Position numbers and translations under genes: made by a program. 35,156 nucleotides of DNA from Lentisphaerota bacterium (GTDB lineage Bacteria > Verrucomicrobiota > Lentisphaeria > Oligosphaerales > PUNB01). Position 1 is the stretch's first letter. The number at the start of each line of letters is the position of its first letter. The notes beneath the pieces were generated by a model. The model did no database searches. It was not told the origin of the DNA and saw only the letters and a list, made by a program, of their open reading frames with translations. The stretch is taken from positions 1 to 35,156 of the forward strand of contig PUNB01000122.1 in NCBI GenBank assembly GCA_003552565.1. The letters run 5' to 3'. Below, in pieces: positions 8,139-17,078 of the stretch.

Positions 8139-9551
8139 TTAGTACCGATAATGGTCGGACTTATAGGGTCCTTCCACCGGTACGCCGATGTAATCGGCCT
8201 GATATTGGGCCAGCTTTGTCAGGCGCGCGCCCAGCTTGTCAAGATGCAGCCGAGCCACCTCTTCGTCCAGATGCTTGGGCAGGCAGTAAACGCCGATTTC
8301 ATAATCTTTATTCCAAAGATCAATCTGAGCCAGGCTCTGGTTGGTGAACGAATTGCTCATGACAAAACTGGGATGGCCGGTGGCGCAGCCCAGATTAACC
8401 AGCCGGCCGTCGGCCAGCAGGATAACCGAGTGTCCGTCCGGGAAGACGTACTTGTCCACCTGCGGCTTGATCGGCACATGCTCGACACCATCCAGTTTCT
8501 TCAGCTTGGCGACTTCGATCTCGTTGTCGAAGTGACCGATATTACAGACTATCGCCTGATCGCGCATTTTGCTCATGTGTTCAGCCGTGATCACTTCCCG
8601 ATTACCGGTGGCGGTAACGAAGATTTCGACTTGATCAACCACGTCTTCAATACGCACAACTTCAAAACCTTCCATCGCCGCCTGCAAAGCGCAGATCGGG
8701 TCGATTTCGGTAACCGCCACACGGGCACCGAAGCCGCGCAGTGACTGGGCCGAACCCTTGCCGACATCACCATAACCGCAAACCAGGCAGTATTTACCGG
8801 CGACCATCACATCAGTCGCCCGCTTGATGCCGTCAGCCAGGGATTCCCGGCAGCCGTAGAGGTTGTCGAATTTTGACTTGGTCACCGAGTCATTGACGTT
8901 GATCGCCGGTGTCAGCAGGGTGCCTTTGTTGTGCATCTGGTACAGGCGGTTGACACCGGTGGTGGTCTCTTCAGAAACACCTTTCCATTCCTTGGCTACA
9001 CGATGCCAGAAATCGGAATCTTCCTTGAGCACTCTCTGCAAAACCTCGAAAAGACATTTCTCGTCTTCTGCTTCCACTTCCTGAGAAAGAACCTGCGGGT
9101 CATCCTCGGCCTGATAACCGAGATGGATCATCAGGGTGGCGTCGCCGCCGTCATCAACAATCAGGTGCGGCCCTTTGCCGCCGGGAAAAGTCAGCGCCTG
9201 CAAGGTGCACTCCCAGTATTCTTCCAGGGTCTCGCCTTTCCAGGCAAAAACCGGCACACCAGTGGCGGCGATGGCCGCTGCGGCATGATCCTGGGTTGAG
9301 AAGATATTACAGGATGCCCAGCGAACATCAGCTCCCAGAGCGGTCAGTGTTTCTATCAGCACAGCTGTCTGAATTGTCATGTGCAGACTGCCGCTTACAC
9401 GAGCCCCTTTGAGAGGCTGCTGCGCGCCGTAGGTCTCCCGCAGGGACACCAGTCCGGGCATTTCCTTCTCGGCGATTTCAATTTCTTTCCGGCCGAATTC
9501 AGCCAGACTAGGATCAGCAATCCAGTAATTATCAGTTTTTACAATATTCAT
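8139..9551 (-). CDS. ahcY: S-adenosyl-L-homocysteine hydrolase
   Basis: [55 protein letters not shown]-terminal HYRY. Confidence 0.98.
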   Translation of the reverse strand: MNIVKTDNYWIADPSLAEFGRKEIEIAEKEMPGLVSLRETYGAQQPLKGARVSGSLHMTIQTAVLIETLTALGADVRWASCNIFSTQDHAAAAIAATGVPVFAWKGETLEEYWECTLQALTFPGGKGPHLIVDDGGDATLMIHLGYQAEDDPQVLSQEVEAEDEKCLFEVLQRVLKEDSDFWHRVAKEWKGVSEETTTGVNRLYQMHNKGTLLTPAINVNDSVTKSKFDNLYGCRESLADGIKRATDVMVAGKYCLVCGYGDVGKGSAQSLRGFGARVAVTEIDPICALQAAMEGFEVVRIEDVVDQVEIFVTATGNREVITAEHMSKMRDQAIVCNIGHFDNEIEVAKLKKLDGVEHVPIKPQVDKYVFPDGHSVILLADGRLVNLGCATGHPSFVMSNSFTNQSLAQIDLWNKDYEIGVYCLPKHLDEEVARLHLDKLGARLTKLAQYQADYIGVPVEGPYKSDHYRY

Positions 9552-9589
9552 CAATAATATTTCCTTGATTAGTTAGTTACACTTCATTC

Positions 9590-10579
9590 TTATTGCAGGT
9601 TGAAATCTTTTTTCACCTGATTGTATACTTCGTCGCTAAGTGCGGCGCCTGTGGTTTTCACCGCTTCGGCTCCCAGCCGGGCGCCGAGATCTCCGGCCCG
9701 GCGCGTCGACTCGCCTCGGAGAAGACCGTGGAGGAATCCAGCCGCCCATAAATCACCGGCGCCGGTGGTGTCCACCGCCTGCACCCGCAGGGCGGGAACT
9801 TCCACCGTCTCACCGCCGCGACGAATCAGGGAGCCCTCGGCTCCCAGCTTGACCGCGGCCACTTCGCACAGCTGCCCCATCTCTTCGAGAGCGGTGCGAA
9901 GATCATCCTTGCCGGATGCGCAAAAAGCGGCCGCTTCGTCCTCGTTGGCGAAGACCATATCAACTTTCTCCCGGAGCAGCTCCGGCAGTGTGTCGGCGGC
10001 CGCCTGCACTACTTCTGGAGCTCCTAAATCAAGACTGACCCTGCATCCCGCCTGCCGGGCGCAATCCAGAACGCGAGTCATTAAGTCCTGATTAAACAGC
10101 AGATATCCCTCCAGGTGAAGGTGGCCGCAGCCTTGAAAATCCTCCACCCTGATTTCTGTCGGCTCCAGAGTGGCGGAAGCGCCGAGGAATGTGCGCATGG
10201 TGCGCTGGCTGTCGGGAGTGATCAAGGACAGACATGTGCCTGTCGGGGTCGCCGAGTCGGTCTTGAAACGGCTGACATCCACTCCCGCTTCGGCGAACTG
10301 GCCGCGATAGAAAGTGCCGGCTTCATCTTCGCCGGTCTTCGCCAGCATGGCGCATTCGCTCCCCAGTCTGGCCGCTCCCATGACGGTGTTGGCGGCGGAA
10401 CCGCCAGGGGCCCGATAAGGCTTCTCCGGCAGACGCTGGACGATCTCCTGCAAGGCCGGAAAATCGACCAGCTCCATGCCACCCTTGCCACCGTCAATGG
10501 TCTGCAGGAAAGACTCCGGAACATAAGCCAGGCTGTCGACTAAGGCCGCTCCCACTCCGATCAGTTTACTCATGGTCAT
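9590..10579 (-). CDS. PfkB family kinase, probable adenosine/purine nucleoside kinase
   Basis: GGSAANT, RTMRTFLGA, LEGYL, FANEDEA, DTTGAGD; lies between metK and ahcY. Confidence 0.85.
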   Translation of the reverse strand: MTMSKLIGVGAALVDSLAYVPESFLQTIDGGKGGMELVDFPALQEIVQRLPEKPYRAPGGSAANTVMGAARLGSECAMLAKTGEDEAGTFYRGQFAEAGVDVSRFKTDSATPTGTCLSLITPDSQRTMRTFLGASATLEPTEIRVEDFQGCGHLHLEGYLLFNQDLMTRVLDCARQAGCRVSLDLGAPEVVQAAADTLPELLREKVDMVFANEDEAAAFCASGKDDLRTALEEMGQLCEVAAVKLGAEGSLIRRGGETVEVPALRVQAVDTTGAGDLWAAGFLHGLLRGESTRRAGDLGARLGAEAVKTTGAALSDEVYNQVKKDFNLQ

Positions 10580-11776
10580 TTATCCTTTTTGCGCGTATTG
10601 ACGAAGAATTTCGGCTTTGTCGGTCTTTTCCCACGGGAACTGTTCCCTTCCGAAATGGCCGTAAGCCGCACTTTCCAGGAAGCTCCAGCCGTTGGCGGCG
10701 GGTTCGGTGAGTGCGAGATTGCTGATGATCGCCGCCGGGCGGAAATCAAAGATACCGCTTTCTTCCAGCAGGTGCTGCAATCTGTCTTCGGAAATGGAGG
10801 CCGTGCCGTAAGTATCAATATTGATGCTCAGCGGATGCGCCACGCCGATAGCGTAGGAAACCTGAATTTCACATTTTTCCGCCAGTCCCGCGGCGACCAC
10901 GTTCTTGGCCACATAACGGGCTTTGTAAGCAGCCGAACGGTCAACTTTCGAGGGGTCTTTGCCGGAAAAAGCACCGCCGCCGTGACAGCCGACGCCGCCG
11001 TATGTGTCAACAATTATCTTGCGACCGGTCAGGCCGGTATCGCCGTAAGGACCACCGACGACAAAACGTCCGGTCGGATTGACATAGTAGTTGACATCAT
11101 CAGTGAGGAATTCACTTGGTATAACATCAGCCGTCACCTCCCGAACCAGAGCTTCGAGCTGCTCGTCTTTCATTTCCGGAGTATGCTGATGCGACACCAC
11201 TACGGTTTCCACCTGTACCGGCTTGCCGTCTTCATAAAGGAAGGAGACCTGACTCTTCGAGTCCGGGCGCAGAAAATCGTAGGTTTTCGGATCATTATGG
11301 CGCAGTTTGGCCATTTTTTCAACTATCCGATGAGCGTATAGAACCGGAGCCGGCATCAGCTCTTTTGTCTCATTGCTGGCGTAACCGAACATCATGCCCT
11401 GGTCGCCGGCACCCTGCTCAGCGAATTTGCCGTCATCTTCATTAACGCCCTGGGCGATATCCGGGGATTGCGGATGCAGAGCCAGGAGAACTTTGCAGTC
11501 GTCGGCCGAGAAACCAATGTCCCGGTCAGTGTAACCAATGCGGCGGATGGTGTCCCGCACCACTTCTTCCCAGTTGACCTTGGCTCGGGTGGTGATTTCG
11601 CCGGAGACCATTACAAAGTCTGTGGTTACCAGGGTTTCACAGGCCACACGACTATTCGGGTCCTGCTGTAAGCAGGCATCCAGAATCGCGTCGGAAATCT
11701 GATCCGACACTTTGTCCGGATGTCCTTCTGAAACTGATTCGGAAGTGTAAATGTGTTTTTGGGTGATTTTACTCAT
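10580..11776 (-). CDS. metK: S-adenosylmethionine synthetase
   Basis: [47 protein letters not shown]. Confidence 0.98.
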   Translation of the reverse strand: MSKITQKHIYTSESVSEGHPDKVSDQISDAILDACLQQDPNSRVACETLVTTDFVMVSGEITTRAKVNWEEVVRDTIRRIGYTDRDIGFSADDCKVLLALHPQSPDIAQGVNEDDGKFAEQGAGDQGMMFGYASNETKELMPAPVLYAHRIVEKMAKLRHNDPKTYDFLRPDSKSQVSFLYEDGKPVQVETVVVSHQHTPEMKDEQLEALVREVTADVIPSEFLTDDVNYYVNPTGRFVVGGPYGDTGLTGRKIIVDTYGGVGCHGGGAFSGKDPSKVDRSAAYKARYVAKNVVAAGLAEKCEIQVSYAIGVAHPLSINIDTYGTASISEDRLQHLLEESGIFDFRPAAIISNLALTEPAANGWSFLESAAYGHFGREQFPWEKTDKAEILRQYAQKG

Positions 11777-11858
11777 GTTTTTGATCCTTAATTAAGTTTC
11801 TGTTTCATTACTATTCCCGCGTTTTCCCCTGATTTCGGGGTGTTAGCGCGGCTGTTTC

Positions 11859-11902
11859 ATGCGAATATGCGTATAAACTAATAGATGATTCTGGTTTTGC
11901 AA
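11859..11902 (-). promoter_or_regulatory. Candidate metK operon promoter with adjacent palindromic operator
   Basis: Minus strand TTGCAA-16 nt-TAGTTT followed directly by ATACGCATATTCGCAT (12 of 16 positions palindromic). Confidence 0.45.
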
Positions 11903-12061
11903 ACGCAATCAATGATTTTTTTTTAATTAGCGCCAATTCGCGTCCATTGGCGGTTCAAAAGTGTAAACAGTTTCCATCTTTCACTGACGCATTACTGAAA
12001 ATGTTCAACTATAGGGGAAGTTTTGGATCATTATGATATATTAATTTTGTCAATCTACGAG

Positions 12062-12247
12062 CTAGACCCCGTCCGGAAAGGGGTAGTATGCCGAATTTGT
12101 GCTGAAAAAACCTTGTCTCGAACCTTGTCCCGAACCAAAATCCGATTGGTTTTAATGTTTTCATCCCAAATGGAATATGGTTCGGGACAAGGTTCGGGAC
12201 AAAGTTGAACTCAAAACACACAATACACCTTTCCGGATACCCTCGAG
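12062..12247. mobile_element. MITE-like element, interior type C (stack unit 1)
   Basis: CTAG-ACCCCGTCCGGAAAGG...CCTTTCCGGATACCCT-CGAG; internal inverted gaaccttgtcccgaacca / tggttcgggacaaggttc. Confidence 0.85.
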
Positions 12248-12434
12248 CTAGACCCTCCGCGAAAAGGGTTCGGAAACGAGATTAAGGCGAAAGATTAGGT
12301 CAAAAGATTAAGGGGCGCACCCGTTTTTCCCTAATCTTTCGTCATAATCTTTCGCCTTAAGTCAATTGGCCGTGAAACGCACAGCCACTTTCGAGCATGT
12401 GAGCTCCACAAAACCCTTTTCGTTTAGCCTCGAG
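12248..12434. mobile_element. MITE-like element, interior type B (stack unit 2)
   Basis: CTAG-ACCCTCCGCGAAAAGG...CCTTTTCGTTTAGCCT-CGAG; closely similar to 14319-14505 and to the reverse complement of 21855-22029. Confidence 0.9.
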
Positions 12435-12532
12435 CTAGAGGGTATGCGAAAAGGTATATTGTGTGTTTTCGAGACAAGGTTCTCGGCAGCACAATTTCCG
12501 CTCACAACCCTTTTCGCGGAGGGTCGAGCTAG
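12435..12532. mobile_element. MITE-like element, internally deleted type C, inverted relative to unit 1 (stack unit 3)
   Basis: CTAG-AGGGTATGCGAAAAGG-tatattgtgtgtttt...cgagacaaggtt...CCTTTTCGCGGAGGGT-CGAGCTAG; matches both ends of unit 1 reverse complement. Confidence 0.85.
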
Positions 12533-12598
12533 CGCTTAGTTGCAGAAATCAAACGACGCATGGCATTATATTACAATTAAGCCCCAGGAGCAGGGATT

Positions 12599-13444
12599 TT
12601 GCACAATCAACAAGACAGTCAATTAACCACCAGATCTTTCAGAAACCGGCTATGGCAGGGCAGATTTCTTTCCCATTCATCAATTCTACAATGGCTGCTG
12701 GATGGAGGCGATCCGATGATTCTGGGCACCGGCAACGGGGCGGTGCTGAAAGTGGAGGGAGACGGCCTTTGCATGCGTCTGGACAGTGTTGGGGAAAGCC
12801 GAGTCGCTCTGTCCCGCCCCTTGTTTTTCAAACGGCATTGCCGAGCCGGCAGTATCGCCTGGTGCAAAAGAGCTGTGGGCTGGCACGGTGCGGTCTGGAT
12901 GTGGCAGGCGGCCTGGAAAATGCGGCGGCTGAATATACCCGCACCTGAACCGAATGGTTACTTGGATCCGACTTTTCAAAATCCTGGCGCCTGCAGTTTT
13001 TTCTGGAGCGAATGGGTCGAGCCGGCTTTGACTCTTCGGCAAATGGCCGAAGCTCCGAAGACTCGCGACCAAGTGATAAACAGCCAGAAACTGCCGATAC
13101 AAGCGGGGGATATTCTGGCCCGCCTGCATAATCATGGACTATACCACCGTGACACCAGCTGGAAAAACTTCCTGCTCAACCCGGAAACAGAACAACTGCT
13201 GCTGGTCGATATAGACGGAGTGAACAGAGGCGGCATCCGCCCCGAGACGGCGGCCGTCCGGGACATAGCCCGTTTTTTGACTGACGCGGTAATCAGCGAA
13301 GCCGATGCCTCCTGGATGCAACTGCTGCTGACGCATTACGCGACATGCCGGCAAATCCCCTTAAGTAAAATAAAATCCCCGCTTGAAGAAAAACTCAATC
13401 AATTCCTGGGACGTAAAGGCTGGTATAATGAACAGGAAAGATAA
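12599..13444 (+). CDS. Lipopolysaccharide kinase (Kdo/WaaP/InaA) family protein
   Basis: IPAPEP, LHNHGLYHRDTSWKNFL, LVDIDG, RDIARF; start uncertain (TTG 12599 or ATG 12716). Confidence 0.75.
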   Translation: MHNQQDSQLTTRSFRNRLWQGRFLSHSSILQWLLDGGDPMILGTGNGAVLKVEGDGLCMRLDSVGESRVALSRPLFFKRHCRAGSIAWCKRAVGWHGAVWMWQAAWKMRRLNIPAPEPNGYLDPTFQNPGACSFFWSEWVEPALTLRQMAEAPKTRDQVINSQKLPIQAGDILARLHNHGLYHRDTSWKNFLLNPETEQLLLVDIDGVNRGGIRPETAAVRDIARFLTDAVISEADASWMQLLLTHYATCRQIPLSKIKSPLEEKLNQFLGRKGWYNEQER

Positions 13445-13446
13445 AT

Positions 13447-14277
13447 ATGCCTGAATTGCCGGAAGTGGAAACGATTCGAACCGCTCTTGAGCTGCAGCTG
13501 CGAGGTCAGAAAATCACCGAAGTGACGGTGCAAAATCAAAATTTACGCCGGCCGGTGGATGAAAAAGCCCTGCGGGAGTGCTGTCGCGGAAAATCCCTGG
13601 AGCAAGTCAACCGCCGGGGCAAATACCTTATTTTCGGATTTACAGAAGATAATTATATAGTTGCCCATTTGGGCATGACCGGCGGCTTCCGAATCAGCTC
13701 CGCTGATATCCCCCTGGAAAAACACGAACATGTGGAATGGCTGCTGACTGACGGCCGCTCCCTTCGTTATCATGATCCCCGGCGCTTCGGATGTATTGTC
13801 TGCACCGAATCTTCACCCATCCCAGGCAGTTGGCCGCTGCCGAAACTGGGCCCCGAGCCGCTTTCCGATGCATTTACCGTCGAGTATTTGTACAAAACCT
13901 TTAAGAGACATAAAAAACCGGTCAAAAACCTGCTTATGGAACAACAGACGGCCGCCGGCATGGGCAATATTTACGCCAGTGAGGCGTTGTTTAGAGCCGG
14001 AATAGATCCCCGCAGAAGCGCCCATAGAATCAGCAAAAAGCGCTGTCAGCAACTGCAGGAAGCTATCCGCGCAGTTCTGACTGACGCCATCACCTGCGGC
14101 GGAACCACCATCAGCGACTACCGCTCCCTGGACGGAATGGAAGGGGATTTCGCCGTCTGCCTGGATGTTTACGGGAAGGAAAACCGCCCTTGCCCTCGCT
14201 GTGGAGCGGCTTATACAATTAAACGCGCGACACTCGGCGGCAGAAGCACCTTTTACTGTTCCGGGTGTCAGCACTAG
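13447..14277 (+). CDS. mutM: Formamidopyrimidine-DNA glycosylase (Fpg)
   Basis: MPELPEVET, RRGKYL, HLGMTG, DPRRFG, GNIYASEALF, C-terminal CPRC...CSGCQ zinc finger. Confidence 0.98.
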   Translation: MPELPEVETIRTALELQLRGQKITEVTVQNQNLRRPVDEKALRECCRGKSLEQVNRRGKYLIFGFTEDNYIVAHLGMTGGFRISSADIPLEKHEHVEWLLTDGRSLRYHDPRRFGCIVCTESSPIPGSWPLPKLGPEPLSDAFTVEYLYKTFKRHKKPVKNLLMEQQTAAGMGNIYASEALFRAGIDPRRSAHRISKKRCQQLQEAIRAVLTDAITCGGTTISDYRSLDGMEGDFAVCLDVYGKENRPCPRCGAAYTIKRATLGGRSTFYCSGCQH

Positions 14278-14318
14278 CCTAATAATTCATGCGAATTCGG
14301 CCATGCGTCATTTCAGGG

Positions 14319-14505
14319 CTAGACCCCATGCGGAAAGGGTTCGGAAACGAGATTAAGACGAAAGGTTAGGGCAAAAGGTTAAGGGGCGCACCCGTTCTTC
14401 CCTAATCTTTCGTCATAATCTTTCGCCTTAATCCAATTGGGCGTGGAACGCACAGCCACTTTCGAGCTTGTGAACTCCAAAAAACCCTTTTCGCATAACC
14501 TCTAG
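14319..14505. mobile_element. MITE-like element, interior type B
   Basis: CTAG-ACCCCATGCGGAAAGG...CCTTTTCGCATAACCT-CTAG; followed by an orphan terminal repeat gaccctccgcgaaaagg at about 14511-14527. Confidence 0.9.
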
Positions 14506-14683
14506 TCTCTGACCCTCCGCGAAAAGGTGTTTGCGGTCTATGCACGCACAAGAAAGACGCAATTAAAACTTTGTTCGCATTTATTTTGTTTATGTTATAT
14601 ATTATTGCTTGTTACCTGAATGCGCTAAAAAATTGGCGAAACGAAAGTTTTTCAGGATATTTTGTTGAAAGGTTTCCGGCGCT

Positions 14684-15349
14684 ATGATAAACATCATAAT
14701 TGACGACCGCGAACATGGCTCGGGAGTGGCGGAACATTTGGAGAATTATTCATCCGAAGCGACAGTGGAATGCAGAAGGATGAAAACCGGCGATTATCTG
14801 ATACAGCCTGGCTCTGTTATGGTTGAGCGCAAAACTGTTGATGATTTATGTGTTTCCATCATTGACGGCCGCCTTTTTCGCCAGTGCCGCTTTCTCGTCG
14901 CTGCTTCGGATTGTCCATTGCTGTTGATCGAGGGTAATTTGCAAGAGCGAACCGTGGCCGTTGAAGATACTGCCCTGCGGGGAGCTCTGCTTTGTTTGGC
15001 GCAGATATTCCATCTTCCGGCGATTTACTCCCGTGGCCCACGGGATACCGCTGCCGCTTTGGTACAGCTTGGACGTCAGCGGATGAATCGGACAAATTAT
15101 CAGCATTGGCGCTCCGGGAGGTGTCCGAAAAACTTAATCCGGCAAAAGCTGCATGTACTGCAGGCGCTGCCGGGGGTTGGGCCGGGTCTGGCCCGAAAAA
15201 TGCTGGAATGTTTAGGTTCGGTCCGGTCGGTTTTCAGCGCCAGTCAGGAAGAACTGCAGTCAATCGAGGGAATCGGCTCCAGGCGCGCCGCTCGTATCTC
15301 GGAAGTCATAGGTGCGAGCGGGCCTCCGAATAGGGATCTGAATCCGTGA
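14684..15349 (+). CDS. ERCC4/XPF-type nuclease with tandem helix-hairpin-helix domain
   Basis: IIDDRE, GDY, VERKTVDD (ERKxxxD), SIIDGRLFRQ, LLIEG; HhH motifs LPGVGP and IEGIGS. Confidence 0.9.
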   Translation: MINIIIDDREHGSGVAEHLENYSSEATVECRRMKTGDYLIQPGSVMVERKTVDDLCVSIIDGRLFRQCRFLVAASDCPLLLIEGNLQERTVAVEDTALRGALLCLAQIFHLPAIYSRGPRDTAAALVQLGRQRMNRTNYQHWRSGRCPKNLIRQKLHVLQALPGVGPGLARKMLECLGSVRSVFSASQEELQSIEGIGSRRAARISEVIGASGPPNRDLNP

Positions 15350-15626
15350 ATTTAATGAGATGTGATGAACTTCGCGCCAAGAGCGCCGAGCACAAGCCCT
15401 GCAAGTTACCGCGCGGACGGATTATTCCGTCCGTTAATATTAATATAACTAAAACCGTAAGACCGTTGAATGAAAACCGCGTTTTGTATAAAAATTCAAT
15501 ATTTGATTTGCAATATTCCTATCTTAAAATATTTTATTAAAAATTCGTTATGATTGTCAGACAAGTCGGTAAGAATGGTTTTTACCGACATTATAAAGAA
15601 AAACAAAAAATAAGGAAGCAAGAAAA

Positions 15627-15803
15627 ATGAAAAAACAAAAATGGTGGCTGGTGATGTTCGCGATTCCGTTTCTGTTTGTCGGCATTTTGTTGACGACGGC
15701 GGGTTGTGGCGAAGCGGAAGATGAGCTGGAACTGCCGATCGAAGACACGGAAGACCTTCCGGATCCGGAAGAGGGTGAAGATTTGGACATAGACATTGAG
15801 TAA
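15627..15803 (+). CDS. Small acidic lipoprotein (58 aa; absent from the ORF track)
   Basis: MKKQKWWLVMFAIPFLFVGILLTTAG-CGEAEDELELPIEDTEDLPDPEEGEDLDIDIE; AAGGA upstream, signal peptide with TAGC lipobox, terminator downstream. Confidence 0.85.
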   Translation: MKKQKWWLVMFAIPFLFVGILLTTAGCGEAEDELELPIEDTEDLPDPEEGEDLDIDIE

Positions 15804-15821
15804 TCCAAAAACATCCTGCAG

Positions 15822-15858
15822 CGCCCGCTGTCGTACTACGACAGCGGGCGTTTGCTTT
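15822..15858 (+). terminator. Intrinsic terminator after the small lipoprotein
   Basis: cgcccgctgtcgt-act-acgacagcgggcg followed by tttgcttt. Confidence 0.75.
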
Positions 15859-16000
15859 AGGATGCTCCCGCGCGGGAAGTAAATGTTTTATGTTGCTGTT
15901 ATTTCTGGATTTTCAGGAGTCAACAAGTGTTTTTTACCGGACAGCATTGTAAGAATGGGATCTTTCCTTGATCAAACCTTTCAAATAGGACAATGTTTAG

Positions 16001-16753
16001 TTGGAAATAATAATCAAAGTTAACGCTGAAGCAGCGGGCCTTCTGGCGGCCGGACTTATAGCGGAAAAGATAAGAACCAACCCCAAGACTGTTCTCGGAC
16101 TTGCCACCGGCGGCACTCCTCTGCCGGTTTACGAGGAATTGGTTCGGCTGTATCGCCAGGAAAACCTGGATTTCAGCAGTGTAACCACATTCAACTTGGA
16201 CGAATATGTCGGCTTGGGGGGTGAAGACGCTAATTCTTATTGCCGTTTCATGTGGGAAAATTTATTCAATCATATCAACATCGCACCGGAACGTGTGCAT
16301 ATTCCGAACGGCCTGGCGGAAGATATGGAGGCGCATTGTCTGGAATATGAAGATCGTATCCAGCAGGCGGGCGGCATTGATCTGCAGCTGCTGGGGATTG
16401 GCGCCAACGGCCATATAGGGTTCAATGAACCAAACTCTTCTTTTGCTTCTCGTACACGAGTAGTGAACCTTGCTCCCGAAACCGTCAAAGCCAACCGTCG
16501 ATTCTTCCCCGCAGAAGAGGATGTTCCTCGTCGCGCCGTCACCATGGGAATCGGCACCATCCTGGAAAGCCGCTCATGTCTTTTGCTGGCCGCGGGAGAG
16601 AACAAAGCCGAGGCGCTGGCTGCGGCACTGGAAGCGCCGGTATCCTCTTCGGTGCCCGCTTCAGCTCTGCAAAGCCATCCGCGGACAACCGTGATTTGCG
16701 ACCGGGCTGCGGCCGCCAAGCTGCGGAACAGACTCAAGAATGAATCAGCGTAG
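16001..16753 (+). CDS. nagB: Glucosamine-6-phosphate deaminase
   Basis: LGLATGGTP, TFNLDEY, GGIDLQLLGIGANGHIGFNEP, TMGIGTI, PASALQ. Confidence 0.95.
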   Translation: MEIIIKVNAEAAGLLAAGLIAEKIRTNPKTVLGLATGGTPLPVYEELVRLYRQENLDFSSVTTFNLDEYVGLGGEDANSYCRFMWENLFNHINIAPERVHIPNGLAEDMEAHCLEYEDRIQQAGGIDLQLLGIGANGHIGFNEPNSSFASRTRVVNLAPETVKANRRFFPAEEDVPRRAVTMGIGTILESRSCLLLAAGENKAEALAAALEAPVSSSVPASALQSHPRTTVICDRAAAAKLRNRLKNESA

Positions 16754-17030
16754 GATGGTCGGCTCTCATCCCTTTTTGAGCGAGAATACATCGCAAGTGC
16801 TGCGCTTCCTCCGCGATTTGTCGCTCAACACTACATCCCTCAAAAGACACTCGTATTAGACTTTGTGGTTTTATAGTCACAAAAAACACAAAAAATACTT
16901 TCCGATGAAGCGTGGCGAATAAGTTTGTCGACTAAGGGTGCAAGTATCATTCAATTTGCGATACTTTTGGTAAAAAAGCGAGGCCTGGTCTCCTCGGTCT
17001 TCGGCCTGTTAAGAAAACGCAGAGCAGTTC

Positions 17031-17076
17031 GACGAAGTGCAGGGGACGAAGTGTGGGGGACGAAGTGTGGGGGACG
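17031..17076 (+). repeat. 14-bp tandem repeat x3
   Basis: gacgaagtgcaggg gacgaagtgtgggg gacgaagtgtgggg gacg, just downstream of the ppk1 stop. Confidence 0.85.
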
Positions 17077-17078
17077 CA

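Noticed and set aside
8151-11341. Plus-strand ORFs of 197 and 250 aa opposite ahcY and metK
   Set aside because: Antisense shadows of conserved, codon-biased genes
11777-11860. SAM or SAH riboswitch before metK
   Set aside because: A hairpin is present but I could not see SAM-I, SAM-II, SAM-V or SAH consensus elements; an Rfam scan would settle it
12058-12532. CRISPR array
   Set aside because: The exact repeat is only 8 bp, units are 94-187 bp and are themselves dispersed repeats, and no cas genes are present
12561-12578. Second sigma-54 promoter (TGGCATTATATTAC)
   Set aside because: No GC at the required distance from the GG
15557-15814. 85-aa Ser-rich minus-strand ORF
   Set aside because: Antisense of the lipoprotein, which has the RBS, lipobox and terminator
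14509-15990. ERCC4 gene as passenger of a composite element opened by the orphan terminal repeat
   Set aside because: No matching inverted end was found downstream
17031-17076. CRISPR-like repeat
   Set aside because: Head-to-tail 14-mers with no spacers
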